Shown: positions 21,173 through 31,562 of the stretch, one piece after another | How the letters are laid out: every line of letters starts with the position of its first letter | How positions within the stretch are numbered: the first letter of the stretch is position 1 | Assembly (NCBI GenBank): GCA_033345155.1 | Contig: JAWPOG010000023.1 | Coordinates: 1 to 54,975 of the forward strand | DNA: 54,975 nucleotides | Source: Alphaproteobacteria bacterium | GTDB lineage: Bacteria > Pseudomonadota > Alphaproteobacteria > Rs-D84 | Reading direction: 5' to 3' | Translations under genes and position numbers: made by a program | Notes under the pieces: model-generated | Database searches by the model: none | What the model was told of the DNA's origin: nothing | Seen by the model: the letters and a program-made list of their open reading frames with translations, nothing else

Positions 21173-21961
21173 ATGGTTTGTTTTTCGATAATTATGCCGA
21201 CATATAATCGCGCTTATTGCATAGAAAACGCAATCAAGCACATATTCAGTCAAACCTACACAGATTTCGAGTTGTTGATTATTGACGATGGATCGACGGA
21301 TAACACAGAACAATTAATCCAGAAAAAATATGCCAAGGAAATAAAAAGTGGAAAAATAGTTTATTACAAGATAATAAACAACGCTGGTGTTTGTGCCGCC
21401 AGAAATCTGGGGCTGCGATTGGCAAAAAACGAATGGATTGTCTATTGCGATACCGACAACACAATTCGCCCTCATTTTCTGGCCAGTTTTGCCACCGCAA
21501 TCCAGGAAAATCCGACTGTAAAAACCTTTTATGCAAAACACAGACGTGTGGCTCGTGAACGTGTTTTGGGTCGTCCATTTGACTTTCAGCGTCTGTGTCG
21601 TGGCAACTTTATTGATATGGGGGTATTTTGCCACCACAGGTCTTTGGTTGATGAATTAGGCGGTTTTGATATGAATATCAGACGTTTGGTTGACTATGAT
21701 TTGGTTTTGACATACACCAAACATTATCCCCCTGTTTTTATTGATTCTATTTTGATGGATTATAACGACAAAAACGACCACAAAAGAATCACAAATTACG
21801 AAGATGGTAATATGCAGTATATATACCAAAAACATAATATAAACATCAAGAAAACGGTATTCCCAAAATGGGTTGCACGAATAATATGTTGCTTTATTCC
21901 CAAACGCAGCAAAAGAAACAGTTTCATGGTCAACCATGTAAGATACAAAAAAAAGAAATAA
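21173..21961 (+). CDS. Family 2 glycosyltransferase
   Basis: SIIMPTYNR, IIDDGSTD, AARNLGL, DxD (CDTDN), GGFD. Confidence 0.92.
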   Translation: MVCFSIIMPTYNRAYCIENAIKHIFSQTYTDFELLIIDDGSTDNTEQLIQKKYAKEIKSGKIVYYKIINNAGVCAARNLGLRLAKNEWIVYCDTDNTIRPHFLASFATAIQENPTVKTFYAKHRRVARERVLGRPFDFQRLCRGNFIDMGVFCHHRSLVDELGGFDMNIRRLVDYDLVLTYTKHYPPVFIDSILMDYNDKNDHKRITNYEDGNMQYIYQKHNINIKKTVFPKWVARIICCFIPKRSKRNSFMVNHVRYKKKK

Positions 21962-21984
21962 AAACACCGGCAAAAGCCGGATTT

Positions 21985-22845
21985 TTATACGAGTAATTTT
22001 TTTTGCATTTCAATCAAAACGGGTGTCTCGATTTTCAAATCCCTGGCGCGTGAAATCAGTCCTTCTAATGCGTAAATACCCTCGACTGTGCCTTGTGGTG
22101 CGTTTCCTTGTGCGATTGCCACACCACCTGCGAAATTGCGGCTGGTTGGGCTGGTTGCACTCAGGAACAAGTCCCCCATTCCGCACAGTCCCAGAAACGA
22201 ACGCATTTGACCACCCATGGCAATACCGATTGTCATAACCTCGTTCCAGGCGCGTGTAAATATCAGCGCGCGTTCATTTTCGCCGCATTTAACACTGTTG
22301 TATCCGCATATCAACGCCACCGCATTTTTTCCAATACCGCAAATTTGTGCGCCAACAATATCAGAACTGGTTTCCAGGAACAGTTTATTCAAAGCCCCCT
22401 GCCCTGCGACAATCGCGCCATCTGTCCCCGCCAAGGTCGAACCTGTTGGCAGCCCTTGTGCCACCTCGGCTGCGAATTGCGGGCCAGACAACACACCGTA
22501 TTCGACACACTCGGGAATCTCTGTCTGTAAAATTTCAATCATAAATTGCCCTGTGTTAATTTCAGCGCCTTTGGTACAGACTATAATAGGCTGTCCATTA
22601 TAGGCATCGCGCGCTTTGCGAATTGTTTCCCGAAAAAAAGCCCCCGGTGTCACCATCAGCCATGTATCCACATCATGCATATCGGCCAAATTTGATGTTA
22701 TTCTAATATCATGCGGAAAATCAACGCCATCAAAATTCTTGTACGTTCCATCATAAGACCATAAAACCACATTGGCCCCACCGCGCACCGCAGTTATCGC
22801 CAGCGCAGTACCCCACGCCCCTGCGCCAATTACACCAACCTTCAT
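21985..22845 (-). CDS. gpsA: NAD(P)H-dependent glycerol-3-phosphate dehydrogenase
   Basis: GAGAWGTALA, CTKG, SGPQFAAEVA, KN, GDLFLS..S.TSRN, VEG. Confidence 0.93.
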   Translation of the reverse strand: MKVGVIGAGAWGTALAITAVRGGANVVLWSYDGTYKNFDGVDFPHDIRITSNLADMHDVDTWLMVTPGAFFRETIRKARDAYNGQPIIVCTKGAEINTGQFMIEILQTEIPECVEYGVLSGPQFAAEVAQGLPTGSTLAGTDGAIVAGQGALNKLFLETSSDIVGAQICGIGKNAVALICGYNSVKCGENERALIFTRAWNEVMTIGIAMGGQMRSFLGLCGMGDLFLSATSPTSRNFAGGVAIAQGNAPQGTVEGIYALEGLISRARDLKIETPVLIEMQKKLLV

Positions 22846-24458
22846 TTTAATTTCCTTATTTTTTTCTTGATTATTGGCACAACAGTTAACCCATCATCGG
22901 ACAAATCAATTGCCTGCATATATGCTTGCAGTGCCTTTTCTTGATTGCCTGTATCCGCATACATATCCCCCAGGTGTTCAAACAAAGCCGAGCAAGTCTC
23001 GGATATCTCGCCCACGCGCTCTAACACGTCCAGCGCGGCAAATACCCCCTCGCGCTTTGCGATTACCGTCCCCAGTGTGTCCCATGCCGCAACATCAGTT
23101 GGATTCTGTTGTATCAACGCCATCGCATAGTCATATGCATTATCCAGTTCACGGTTCTGTGCCGCCCAAATTTTTGCCTGCAAAGACAAAATGTCCACAT
23201 CTGCCGCCAATGCCTTGGACACATCGTGTAAATCTTGTTGGGCATTATCCAAATCGCCAAAAATAAAATATATATATGCGCGCCTTTTCATAAAGAACGC
23301 CCTGCCCGTCTGGTCCAGGTTTTCATTATTTATTGCACGATTTATCACACGCAACGCATTGCGTTTGTTTCCATGTTTGGTATGGTATCCCACCAATTTA
23401 TCCACCGCCGGCACAAACAGCGGATGTTCGCGTAAAGCATCTTGCAAATCATCAATTTTGCCAGACTTTTCTGCGCTGCGCAAAACGCTGAACAGATAAA
23501 AAGGGCTGTCAGGCTTGATTTTATTGAAATGCGCCTGATAGTCCCCCTGGTTATTCCAGAAAAAATTCCCCAGATAATAATCCACCACATTGTTATTTTC
23601 AGAAAATTCCGGCGCAGTAATTTGTGCAAATCGTAGCAATAACATTGATAAATCAGAATACATCATAATATGAGTATGTGAAACATTTTGCACCAAACTG
23701 AATGCCAATTGGTTTTTATATCCGCTGTAGATGGACCAATCAGGAATCTTATCGTACCCCATCATAAACATTCCACCTGGCCGAGATGTAAATTCAGCAC
23801 GTAATTGCGCCGCCATATCCGCCATATCATGATGTGTATAGAACGACATCAAATACAAATAATCGTTTATATTCATAAATTCTGGGGTAACTGCGGCAAA
23901 GTTTTTTGTCGCCTGTGATATATCGCCCAATTCTGCATAAATTTGCCCACGCACAAATGATTTCCATGACTCATTAGTCGGCAGTTTATCAATAAACTTG
24001 AATGTATTTGTGCGCCAATCGTTTGCGATTGCAGACCAAATACGCAACGGTGCCGACAGTGCAAAGTCATCTGTTTTGTGTCGGTTGTGCAGTTCTTGCC
24101 ATTTATCGTTTTGGATTAAATACGCATCATAAATCAGTCGTGCTGACATGCTTTTTTCATTTTTAAGCAAATGCGCATCAGATGGCATACGACCACTTAA
24201 AAAATCAGATATATAAATTGCATTTTGAACAATTGGATATTGTACATCGTGCAGATTTGCGGTCAAGTCAGCCGCCGTTTCAAAATCATTTACATATATT
24301 GCATGCTGAGCCGCCAAAAACGAGCCATATTTTGTAGCAGGAAATTCATAGGATGTGCCCTGCTCGGCCGGCTTCAAAGAATTCCAAATTGCCCCACCGG
24401 TGATTGTGATAATGGCAAATAAACTGATTGTGATAAATAAACTTTCTATTTTCTTCAT
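22842..24458 (-). CDS. TPR-repeat periplasmic/membrane-anchored protein
   Basis: N-terminal TM, YGSFLAA motif, C-terminal TPRs (WDTLG, EHLGDMY); true start at MKKIES, the ORF-track extension overlaps rsmG. Confidence 0.8.
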   Translation of the reverse strand: MKKIESLFITISLFAIITITGGAIWNSLKPAEQGTSYEFPATKYGSFLAAQHAIYVNDFETAADLTANLHDVQYPIVQNAIYISDFLSGRMPSDAHLLKNEKSMSARLIYDAYLIQNDKWQELHNRHKTDDFALSAPLRIWSAIANDWRTNTFKFIDKLPTNESWKSFVRGQIYAELGDISQATKNFAAVTPEFMNINDYLYLMSFYTHHDMADMAAQLRAEFTSRPGGMFMMGYDKIPDWSIYSGYKNQLAFSLVQNVSHTHIMMYSDLSMLLLRFAQITAPEFSENNNVVDYYLGNFFWNNQGDYQAHFNKIKPDSPFYLFSVLRSAEKSGKIDDLQDALREHPLFVPAVDKLVGYHTKHGNKRNALRVINRAINNENLDQTGRAFFMKRRAYIYFIFGDLDNAQQDLHDVSKALAADVDILSLQAKIWAAQNRELDNAYDYAMALIQQNPTDVAAWDTLGTVIAKREGVFAALDVLERVGEISETCSALFEHLGDMYADTGNQEKALQAYMQAIDLSDDGLTVVPIIKKKIRKLK

Positions 24459-24479
24459 TGTTATGCTAGAATAATACTT

Positions 24480-25040
24480 ATGAGCAATAAAGTCAAATTT
24501 AAACAATATGCGCAACTGTTGCGCGAATGGTCTGGACGCATGAATTTGGTTGCGCCCAGCACCCTGGATGATATTGAAACGCGTCATATTGCAGATTCTG
24601 CGCAATTGGCGGATGTTTTGCCAACCGATGTCGGGGTCATTGACTTGGGCAGTGGTGCAGGATTTCCTGGTGTTGTTTTGGCGATTTTGGGATGGCGTGT
24701 GACATGTATTGAATCGATTGGGAAAAAAGTTTCTTTTTTGAATGCGGTAAAGTCCGAGTTGGGGCTGGAAAATCTGACGATATATCATGGTCGGGTTGAA
24801 GAATTCGTCCGGCATTTACCGGCAAATTCAAGAGATTTTGTGTTCACAGCACGTGCATTCGCATCCTTGACCAAAATTATGGATTATGTCGCACATACAA
24901 AATACCGGCTTTTTTTGTTAAAAGGTCGTGAAATAGCCGGGGAAATTGACGCGGCAAAAACCAAGTATCAGTTTGAATATGATCTAATTCCATCTAAAAC
25001 TGGTGACGGCTTTATAATTTCTGTGCGTTTTTGCCGGTAA
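24480..25040 (+). CDS. rsmG: 16S rRNA m7G527 methyltransferase RsmG/GidB
   Basis: NLV, RHIADS, DLGSGAGFPG, ARAFA, LKG; upstream of parA. Confidence 0.95.
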   Translation: MSNKVKFKQYAQLLREWSGRMNLVAPSTLDDIETRHIADSAQLADVLPTDVGVIDLGSGAGFPGVVLAILGWRVTCIESIGKKVSFLNAVKSELGLENLTIYHGRVEEFVRHLPANSRDFVFTARAFASLTKIMDYVAHTKYRLFLLKGREIAGEIDAAKTKYQFEYDLIPSKTGDGFIISVRFCR

Positions 25041-25054
25041 TTTCATGTGAAACA
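25039..25054. promoter_or_regulatory. parS site 1
   Basis: AATTTCATGTGAAACA versus consensus TGTTTCACGTGAAACA; upstream of parA. Confidence 0.8.
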
Positions 25055-25146
25055 AGTGTTAAATTGTTGAAAAAACTAGATAAATAAAAAAACAAAGAAA
25101 AAGCCGGCGACGCCGGTATTTTTTTGCTTTTTTTTGTGGGCGGGTT

Positions 25147-25162
25147 TGTTTCATGTGAAATT
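25147..25162. promoter_or_regulatory. parS site 2
   Basis: TGTTTCATGTGAAATT versus consensus TGTTTCACGTGAAACA. Confidence 0.8.
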
Positions 25163-25265
25163 GTTAATAATTGTTTGTATTTATTGTGTTTTTATCAAGA
25201 AAAATATAATTGCTTGACCGAATCGTATGGTTTTTATAACCTGTGATTGAAAAATGGAAGGGGTT

Positions 25266-26048
25266 ATGACACAGATTATTGCGTTTGCGAATCAAAAGGG
25301 AGGCGTGGGTAAAACCACGACCGCTATAAACATAGGGGCGTCTTTGGCGGCGATTAAGAAACGTGTTTTGTTGGTTGATTTAGACCAGCAGGGTAACGCA
25401 GGTACGGGGTTGGGGTTTGAACGTGCGTCTCACAGTCAAAGTGTTTATGGGGTGATTATGGGGACTGCAAATGTTGCGGATAATATTTTATCGACTGCGG
25501 TGCCGAACTTGCATTTGTTGCCTTCGTCTCAGGCGTTGTCGGGTGCAGATATTGACTTGTTGGACATGGAAAATCGCGAGTTTAGACTGCGTGATGCCTT
25601 GCGGCCAATAATGGATTATTATGATTATATATTGTTGGATTGTCCACCAGCATTGGGTTATTTGACCATCAATGCGTTAACCACAGCAGATTCGATTATA
25701 ATTCCGTTGCAGTGCGAATTTTTTGCCCTGGAGGGCGTTCAGCAATTGACGGATACGATTGATATCGTACAGAAAAAATGGAACCCGGATTTAAAGATTT
25801 TGGGTGTATTATTGACTATGTATGATCGTCGTTATGGTTTGACGCGGGCGGTGGACGATGATGTTCGCAAAACATTTGGTGACATTGTTTTTCAGACGGT
25901 TGTACCACGCAATGTTCGCGTGTCCGAGGCGCCCAGCCACGGCAAGCCGGCATTGTTTTATGATTTTAATTCTACGGGCGCCCAGGCATATTTGCGTGTT
26001 GCGACCGAGGTTATAGAACGAACCACAGGGGGGGCAGATGGCAAATAA
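25266..26048 (+). CDS. parA: Chromosome partitioning ATPase ParA/Soj
   Basis: NQKGGVGKTTT, DCPPALG, PLQCEFFALEG, PRNVRVSEAPSHG. Confidence 0.97.
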   Translation: MTQIIAFANQKGGVGKTTTAINIGASLAAIKKRVLLVDLDQQGNAGTGLGFERASHSQSVYGVIMGTANVADNILSTAVPNLHLLPSSQALSGADIDLLDMENREFRLRDALRPIMDYYDYILLDCPPALGYLTINALTTADSIIIPLQCEFFALEGVQQLTDTIDIVQKKWNPDLKILGVLLTMYDRRYGLTRAVDDDVRKTFGDIVFQTVVPRNVRVSEAPSHGKPALFYDFNSTGAQAYLRVATEVIERTTGGADGK

Positions 26049-26916
26049 ATTTGGATTGGGACGCGGATTGGCGGATATTGGTGCATCTCGTGGCAAGATA
26101 CCTGATATTTCATTGTTGACCCAAAATGAACGGGTTGTTGTCAAACAGGTGCCTTTGGCGCAGATTGGTGCAAATCCAGACCAGCCACGCAAAACATTTT
26201 CTGAACCAGAATTAGCAGAGTTGGCGGCGTCTATTCGTGAAAAGGGTGTTTTACAGCCTGTGTTGTTGCGTTCGGTGTCCGGCCGTTCGCATTTGTATGA
26301 AATTGTTGCGGGCGAGCGTCGATTTCGTGCGGCGAAAATGGCGGGGTTGACCGATATTCCTGCGTTGGTAAAAACTATGGATGATAACAATGCGCGTGAA
26401 ATTGCGTTGATTGAAAATGTGCAACGTGAAAATCTGAACCCGATTGAAGAGGCTAATGCATATAAAAACCTGATGGAATGTTGCGATTATGAATTGGACG
26501 ATGTTGCGCGTTTGATTGGTAAATCGGCCAGTTATATTCGCAATATGTTGCGTTTAACATCTTTGCCGGAATCGGTCCAAGGATTAGTAGAGCAGGGCGA
26601 TTTAACCGCATCCCATGCGCGTACGATTGTGACCGCCGAAAATCCAGAATCTTTGGCGCATAAAATTATTGCGGAAAAGTTATCGGTTGCCGACACCGGC
26701 AAATTGGTAAAGTCTGCGCCACGCGCTAAAACCGTTCGTGCGCACACCAAAAAGACGATAGATGCAGCGTCGGTTCGTGAAATAGAATCGCGCGTTCGTG
26801 CATCCCTGGGGGTGCCGATCAAATTGGTTGAACGGCGCGGCGGGGCGGGTCAAATAGTATTGTCATTCGCCACCCGCACCCAATTGTATGAATTGGTCAA
26901 AAATCTGACGAAATAA
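26038..26916 (+). CDS. parB: Chromosome partitioning protein ParB
   Basis: GLGRGL, NPDQPRK, AGERRFRAA, IENVQRENLNPIEEA, HTH. Confidence 0.97.
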   Translation: MANKFGLGRGLADIGASRGKIPDISLLTQNERVVVKQVPLAQIGANPDQPRKTFSEPELAELAASIREKGVLQPVLLRSVSGRSHLYEIVAGERRFRAAKMAGLTDIPALVKTMDDNNAREIALIENVQRENLNPIEEANAYKNLMECCDYELDDVARLIGKSASYIRNMLRLTSLPESVQGLVEQGDLTASHARTIVTAENPESLAHKIIAEKLSVADTGKLVKSAPRAKTVRAHTKKTIDAASVREIESRVRASLGVPIKLVERRGGAGQIVLSFATRTQLYELVKNLTK

Positions 26917-26923
26917 AATCATT

Positions 26924-26953
26924 AAAAAAAGCCGGTAAAAGCCGGCTTTTTTT
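26924..26953 (+). terminator. Intrinsic terminator after parB
   Basis: A-tract GCCGG-TAAAAG-CCGGC T-tract. Confidence 0.85.
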
Positions 26954-27057
26954 GATGTTTTTTTACTGTTGTGCTTTTTTTGGGATTTTGATTGAAAGTC
27001 GATGTTTTTTTTTGTAGTCTGTACATATGATAAAAAAAATACCCAAGGAATAATATC

Positions 27058-27252
27058 ATGGACGAAAAAAAACTATCTTTCGAAGAGGCTTACAAGCAAT
27101 TGATGGATTTGGTAAAAAAGATGGAATCTGGCGAACTGCCGTTGGCAGATTCTGTTGCAGCGTACGAACAGGGAATCAAATTAAAGGCATACTGCGAACA
27201 ATTGTTAAAAGAAGCTGAATTGAAAATCGAAACCCTGAAAGTGGGTGCATAG
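27058..27252 (+). CDS. xseB: Exodeoxyribonuclease VII small subunit
   Basis: LSFEEA..L..V..MESGELPL.DS..YEQG..L...C...L..AE.KI. Confidence 0.93.
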   Translation: MDEKKLSFEEAYKQLMDLVKKMESGELPLADSVAAYEQGIKLKAYCEQLLKEAELKIETLKVGA

Positions 27253-27276
27253 TTCAATCAACAAACGGATGTTATC

Positions 27277-29805
27277 GTGGCAGACAAAGGCAAATTAACC
27301 CCGGTTATGCAACAATATGTTGACATGAAGTCTGAAAATCCAGACGCATTGTTGATGTTTCGGCTGGGGGATTTTTATGAATCTTTTTTTGAAGATGCAC
27401 ATATAATCAGTGCGGCCCTGGGACTGGTATTGACTGCACGTGGCACCGACGGCAATGGCAACGAAATCCCAATGTGTGGTATTCCATGGCATGCGGCAGA
27501 CAACTATTTTGGTCGTTTGGTTCGTGCCGGCCACAAGGTTGCATTGGTCGAGCAAATGGAAACCCCCGCCCAGGCCAAGGCCCGTGGGCATAAATTTATA
27601 GAGCGTCGGGTTGTTCGTGTTTTAACGCCGGGTACATTAACCGATGAAAATTTATTGACGCCAAAAAATTCAAATTTCTTGGTTTCGGTTGTACCGATTG
27701 GTGGGGGCAAATATGATATTGCCGGCTGTGACATTTCAACCGGTGAATTTTTTATTGGCCAAACGGGCGAGCCAATTGATGACCTGGTGCGTATCAATCC
27801 GGCCGAAGTTATTTTTCCTTTTCACACAGCCGAAGAAAAAACGATTTCTAAATTGCGGGAAATGTTCAAATCTGCGCCTGTATATGAAAAATTATATCAT
27901 CGTGCGGACATAGATATGGTTGTTTCGCGCGTTTTTGGTGGGGCGATTGATGCGGGTGCGGCAACAAAAAATACAGACGGCGCGATATGTTTATTGGCGG
28001 GCTATTTATTCAACACTCAACGCGATGCCACGATAACATTTCGTGCGCCATACACATTCAAGTCTGGCCGGCAATTATTGATTGATTCTGCTACCTGGCG
28101 CAGTCTTGAAATTGATGCCCCGATAAACGATGGTGGTGCATGTTTGATTGATGTGTTGGACGAAACTCGTACGGCGGCGGGTGCTCGTAAATTGCGTTCG
28201 TATTTGCGGAATTTGTCAGCGGATGTTGACCAGATAAATATGCGCCAATCGCACATTTCACATTTTATATTAAACCCTGACATTTGTGCATTGGTTGAAA
28301 ATATTTTGGCGTCTGTGCCCGATGTGGGGCGCAGTTTATCGCGTTTATTGTCTGGTCGTGGCACACCGCGTGACATGCGCAATATATCTGATTTTATGGT
28401 TATTTTACCACGCGCCCAGTTATTGTCGTGTCGTCTAGATTCTGGTTTTGCGTCGCGTTTTGAACAGATTAAGACTCATGGTGAATTGTGTGCGAAATTG
28501 GTTCGTGCACTGTCGGATGAATTGCCGACATTCTTTCGTGATGGTGGCGTGATACGCACCGGGTTTGACATTTCTTTGGACAACATGCGCGAGCTGTCTA
28601 ACGGAGCGCGCGAAACGATTGCGGGGCTGCAGAATCAATATATATCCCAGACGGGGATAAATAACTTGAAAATCAAGTACAACAATATTCTGGGCTATTT
28701 TATCGAGGTTCCGTCCACCCGTGCGGATGTTCTGATGGCGCCACAATCAGGATTTATACATCGTCAAACAATGTCTGGCAACATGCGATTTACTACATCT
28801 CGCCTGATAGATCTGGACAATGAGGTTCGCAGCGCTGCGGAAAAGGCTGCCGCAATCGAAGATGAAATAGTACGGCAATTGACGGAACATATTCGTGAAA
28901 TATCCGATGATTTATTGTGTGCAGCGGATTTATTGGCGGACGTGGATGTATGGGTTTCGTTGACGCGTGTGGCGGACAAATATGCCTGGGTACGACCGGT
29001 TATAACGGATGATTGTGCGTTTGATATATCTGGCGGTCGTCACCCAGTGATTGAATCTGTATTGCGCACGCGTGGTGATAATTTTGTTAAAAACGATTGT
29101 AATCTGAACGTGCATGCAATTGCATTATTGACGGGGCCAAATATGGCGGGCAAATCGACATATCTGCGTCAAAATGCATTGATTGTTGTTTTGGCGCACC
29201 TGGGGTCATATGTTCCTGCTGTATCTGCGACAATTGGTATTTGCGACCAGTTATTCAGTCGTGTTGGCGCATCTGACAATTTGGCGGCAGGTCAGTCAAC
29301 ATTCATGGTAGAAATGAGTGAAACCGCCAACATTTTGAACCGCGCGACAAACCGTTCATTTATAATCTTTGACGAAATAGGGCGGGGCACTGCGACCTAT
29401 GACGGTATGGCGATTGCTCAGGCGGTATTAGAATACCTGGACAAAATGAGTCCACGCACATTGTTTGCTACGCACTATCATGAATTAACGGCATTGATAT
29501 TGAATGGTTATCTGAAACATGCGTCATGTTTAACAATAGAGGTTCGTGAACATAACAACGAGATAATCTTTATGCACAAAATTGCGCCTGGGGTTGCAAA
29601 TCGTTCGTACGGTATCCATGTTGCGCGCATGGCGGGCATGCCAAAATCGGTGGTTGCACGGGCCGAGTGTGTGTTAAATTCGCTGGAATCACATTCGGTT
29701 CAGGTTGTGCCCACCCAAACTGCACCCGTATCGCATTCTGCACAAAAAAAACCAAGTGTTTCAGACGATTTGTTGGGGCAGTTAAATTTATTTGGTTCGC
29801 TGTAA
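27277..29805 (+). CDS. mutS: DNA mismatch repair protein MutS
   Basis: TPVMQQY, GDFYE, TGPNMAGKST, STFMVEM, DEIGRGT, FATHYHEL. Confidence 0.97.
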   Translation: MADKGKLTPVMQQYVDMKSENPDALLMFRLGDFYESFFEDAHIISAALGLVLTARGTDGNGNEIPMCGIPWHAADNYFGRLVRAGHKVALVEQMETPAQAKARGHKFIERRVVRVLTPGTLTDENLLTPKNSNFLVSVVPIGGGKYDIAGCDISTGEFFIGQTGEPIDDLVRINPAEVIFPFHTAEEKTISKLREMFKSAPVYEKLYHRADIDMVVSRVFGGAIDAGAATKNTDGAICLLAGYLFNTQRDATITFRAPYTFKSGRQLLIDSATWRSLEIDAPINDGGACLIDVLDETRTAAGARKLRSYLRNLSADVDQINMRQSHISHFILNPDICALVENILASVPDVGRSLSRLLSGRGTPRDMRNISDFMVILPRAQLLSCRLDSGFASRFEQIKTHGELCAKLVRALSDELPTFFRDGGVIRTGFDISLDNMRELSNGARETIAGLQNQYISQTGINNLKIKYNNILGYFIEVPSTRADVLMAPQSGFIHRQTMSGNMRFTTSRLIDLDNEVRSAAEKAAAIEDEIVRQLTEHIREISDDLLCAADLLADVDVWVSLTRVADKYAWVRPVITDDCAFDISGGRHPVIESVLRTRGDNFVKNDCNLNVHAIALLTGPNMAGKSTYLRQNALIVVLAHLGSYVPAVSATIGICDQLFSRVGASDNLAAGQSTFMVEMSETANILNRATNRSFIIFDEIGRGTATYDGMAIAQAVLEYLDKMSPRTLFATHYHELTALILNGYLKHASCLTIEVREHNNEIIFMHKIAPGVANRSYGIHVARMAGMPKSVVARAECVLNSLESHSVQVVPTQTAPVSHSAQKKPSVSDDLLGQLNLFGSL

Positions 29806-29806
29806 A

Positions 29807-30682
29807 ATGACAAAATCAGGTTGGGTTATTTTGGACAAAGATTCGGGGCTGTTTTCACGAACGGCTGGCGGTCGCATTGCTCGTATGCTGGGGACTAAAA
29901 AGTTTGGTCACATTGGTACACTTGATCCCATGGCAACGGGGGTCCTGCCAATTGCTATTGGCGATGCGACCAAGATGATACCCTTTGTCGAAGACGCATC
30001 CAATCACATCAAAGAATACTTGTTTTCGTGTATTTTTGGGTTTGAAACAGATACTTTGGATATAACAGGCGTTGAAACGGCGCGCACAGATATCGTGCCA
30101 ACCCAATCCGATGTCCAAGCGGTATTGCCAAAATTTATCGGCAAAATTCAGCAAATCCCTCCAATTTACTCGGCTGTGCATGTGGATGGTATTCGCGCTT
30201 ATGATTTGGCGCGCCGGGGCAGGGCGGTTGATGTTCCTGCGCGCAATGTTGAAATATTTGCGCTGGAATTGATGGAAGTCCGTGGCAATTCGTGGCAATT
30301 TCGCATGCGATGCAGTCCTGGCACCTATGTGCGCAGTATTGCGCGAGATATTGCCAAATCATGTGGCACAGTTGCGACTGTTGATATGATAAGGCGCACC
30401 CAGACTAACGGTTTTGACATAAAAGATGCCGTAAAACTTGATTTTTTGGAAAAAGTGTTTAATAATACTGGCGATTTGGGTAAAAACCTAAAACCGGTGG
30501 ATTTTGGACTGGGGGACATTCCGGTTCTGAATCTGGACGATGAAGCCACTGAATTTTATAAAAACGGCGGCTTTATCGAAACGATTGCGACAAATGGTCT
30601 GCGTCGTGTTTATGCGGGTGATGTGTTCATTGGCATAGGCATGGTTGCGGATAATGTGTTGCGACCAAAACGAACAATATAA
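29807..30682 (+). CDS. truB: tRNA pseudouridine(55) synthase
   Basis: GHIGTLDPMATGVL, PPIYSA, GTYVRSIARD; upstream of rpsO. Confidence 0.96.
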   Translation: MTKSGWVILDKDSGLFSRTAGGRIARMLGTKKFGHIGTLDPMATGVLPIAIGDATKMIPFVEDASNHIKEYLFSCIFGFETDTLDITGVETARTDIVPTQSDVQAVLPKFIGKIQQIPPIYSAVHVDGIRAYDLARRGRAVDVPARNVEIFALELMEVRGNSWQFRMRCSPGTYVRSIARDIAKSCGTVATVDMIRRTQTNGFDIKDAVKLDFLEKVFNNTGDLGKNLKPVDFGLGDIPVLNLDDEATEFYKNGGFIETIATNGLRRVYAGDVFIGIGMVADNVLRPKRTI

Positions 30683-30700
30683 AAAATAAAAGGAAAAATA

Positions 30701-30973
30701 ATGTCCGTTACAAAGGCTAAAAAATCTGAATTGATTCAGGAATACAAGGTGTCTGATGTTGACAACGGTGGTTCCGTAGAATCCCAGGTTGCAGTTTTGA
30801 CAGAACGCATTCGCAACTTGACCGAACATATGAAGGCTAATCACAAAGATAATCACTCGAAACGTGGATTGTTGTTGATGGTTAACCGCCGCAAGAAATT
30901 GTTGGCATACATCAAAAAACGCAATGCGTCTGACTACGAAGCCCTGATTAAGAAATTGGGTCTGCGTAAATAA
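30701..30973 (+). CDS. rpsO: 30S ribosomal protein S15
   Basis: GSVESQVAVLTERI, KDNHSKRGLL, LIKKLGLRK. Confidence 0.98.
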   Translation: MSVTKAKKSELIQEYKVSDVDNGGSVESQVAVLTERIRNLTEHMKANHKDNHSKRGLLLMVNRRKKLLAYIKKRNASDYEALIKKLGLRK

Positions 30974-30974
30974 T

Positions 30975-30999
30975 AAAATCCCCCGATTGGGGGATTTTT
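30975..30999 (+). terminator. Intrinsic terminator after rpsO
   Basis: AAAATCCCCC-GATT-GGGGGATTTTT. Confidence 0.88.
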
Positions 31000-31085
31000 A
31001 ATTCCCCTCCTGTGGAGGGGGCGGACCGGCGCATGCCGGTGGGGAGGGTTGCTTATATAAAAAAAGTTTATCTAAGTAATCATGG

Positions 31086-31129
31086 ATTCCACCACTAACC
31101 ACTTACACTAACCACTAACCACTAAAAAA
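31086..31129. repeat. Heptamer (CCACTAA-type) cassette, copy B
   Basis: ATTCCACCACTAACCACTTACACTAACCACTAACCACTAAAAAA, abutting the HTH gene terminator. Confidence 0.9.
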
Positions 31130-31148
31130 TCCCCCAACCGGGGGATTT

Positions 31149-31367
31149 TTATTTACGTCGTTTGCATAAAATCATCGCCATACCATTCGTCATAACTTTT
31201 TGAATTATTTTGTCGGGCATTAAAACCTTGCCATTTTCTATTTTTATCAATTCAGAATGTGATACACCCAACAATTTTGCACATTCAAAGCGCGTGATAT
31301 GCATTGAATTTCGCGCCAGGCGCAAATAATTACCAAAATATTTTGCATCAACCAATACAACTGCCAT
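31149..31367 (-). CDS. Small XRE/Cro-like helix-turn-helix protein (72 aa)
   Basis: FGNYLRLAR..ITRFECAKLLGVS.SELIKIENGK; AGGAGG SD before ATG 31367; own terminator at 31124-31149. Confidence 0.85.
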   Translation of the reverse strand: MAVVLVDAKYFGNYLRLARNSMHITRFECAKLLGVSHSELIKIENGKVLMPDKIIQKVMTNGMAMILCKRRK

Positions 31368-31395
31368 TTGATTCCTCCTTTTTATTTTATCAAAT

Positions 31396-31557
31396 AAAAA
31401 ACCGCACATTAAAGGGCGGTTGGAGGTTAAGAACTATACAGATATAGTGCTGTTTATTTATATATATCACAGCCCCCCAACCAATTGTTGGAGAAAATTT
31501 AAAGTCTTCCGACTATCTGTAACGGGTTCTTACACCCCACACCGGTTTCCCAATGCC
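31396..31557 (-). ncRNA. Structured leader RNA with terminator/attenuator upstream of the HTH gene
   Basis: Long stem 31422-31448 pairing 31512-31538 enclosing three hairpins; then AACCGC/GCGGTT-U-tract before the SD. Confidence 0.6.
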
Positions 31558-31562
31558 CCCAT

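Noticed and set aside
25040-25253. Exact oriC with DnaA boxes
   Set aside because: No TTATCCACA cluster found; the near matches here are the parS sites
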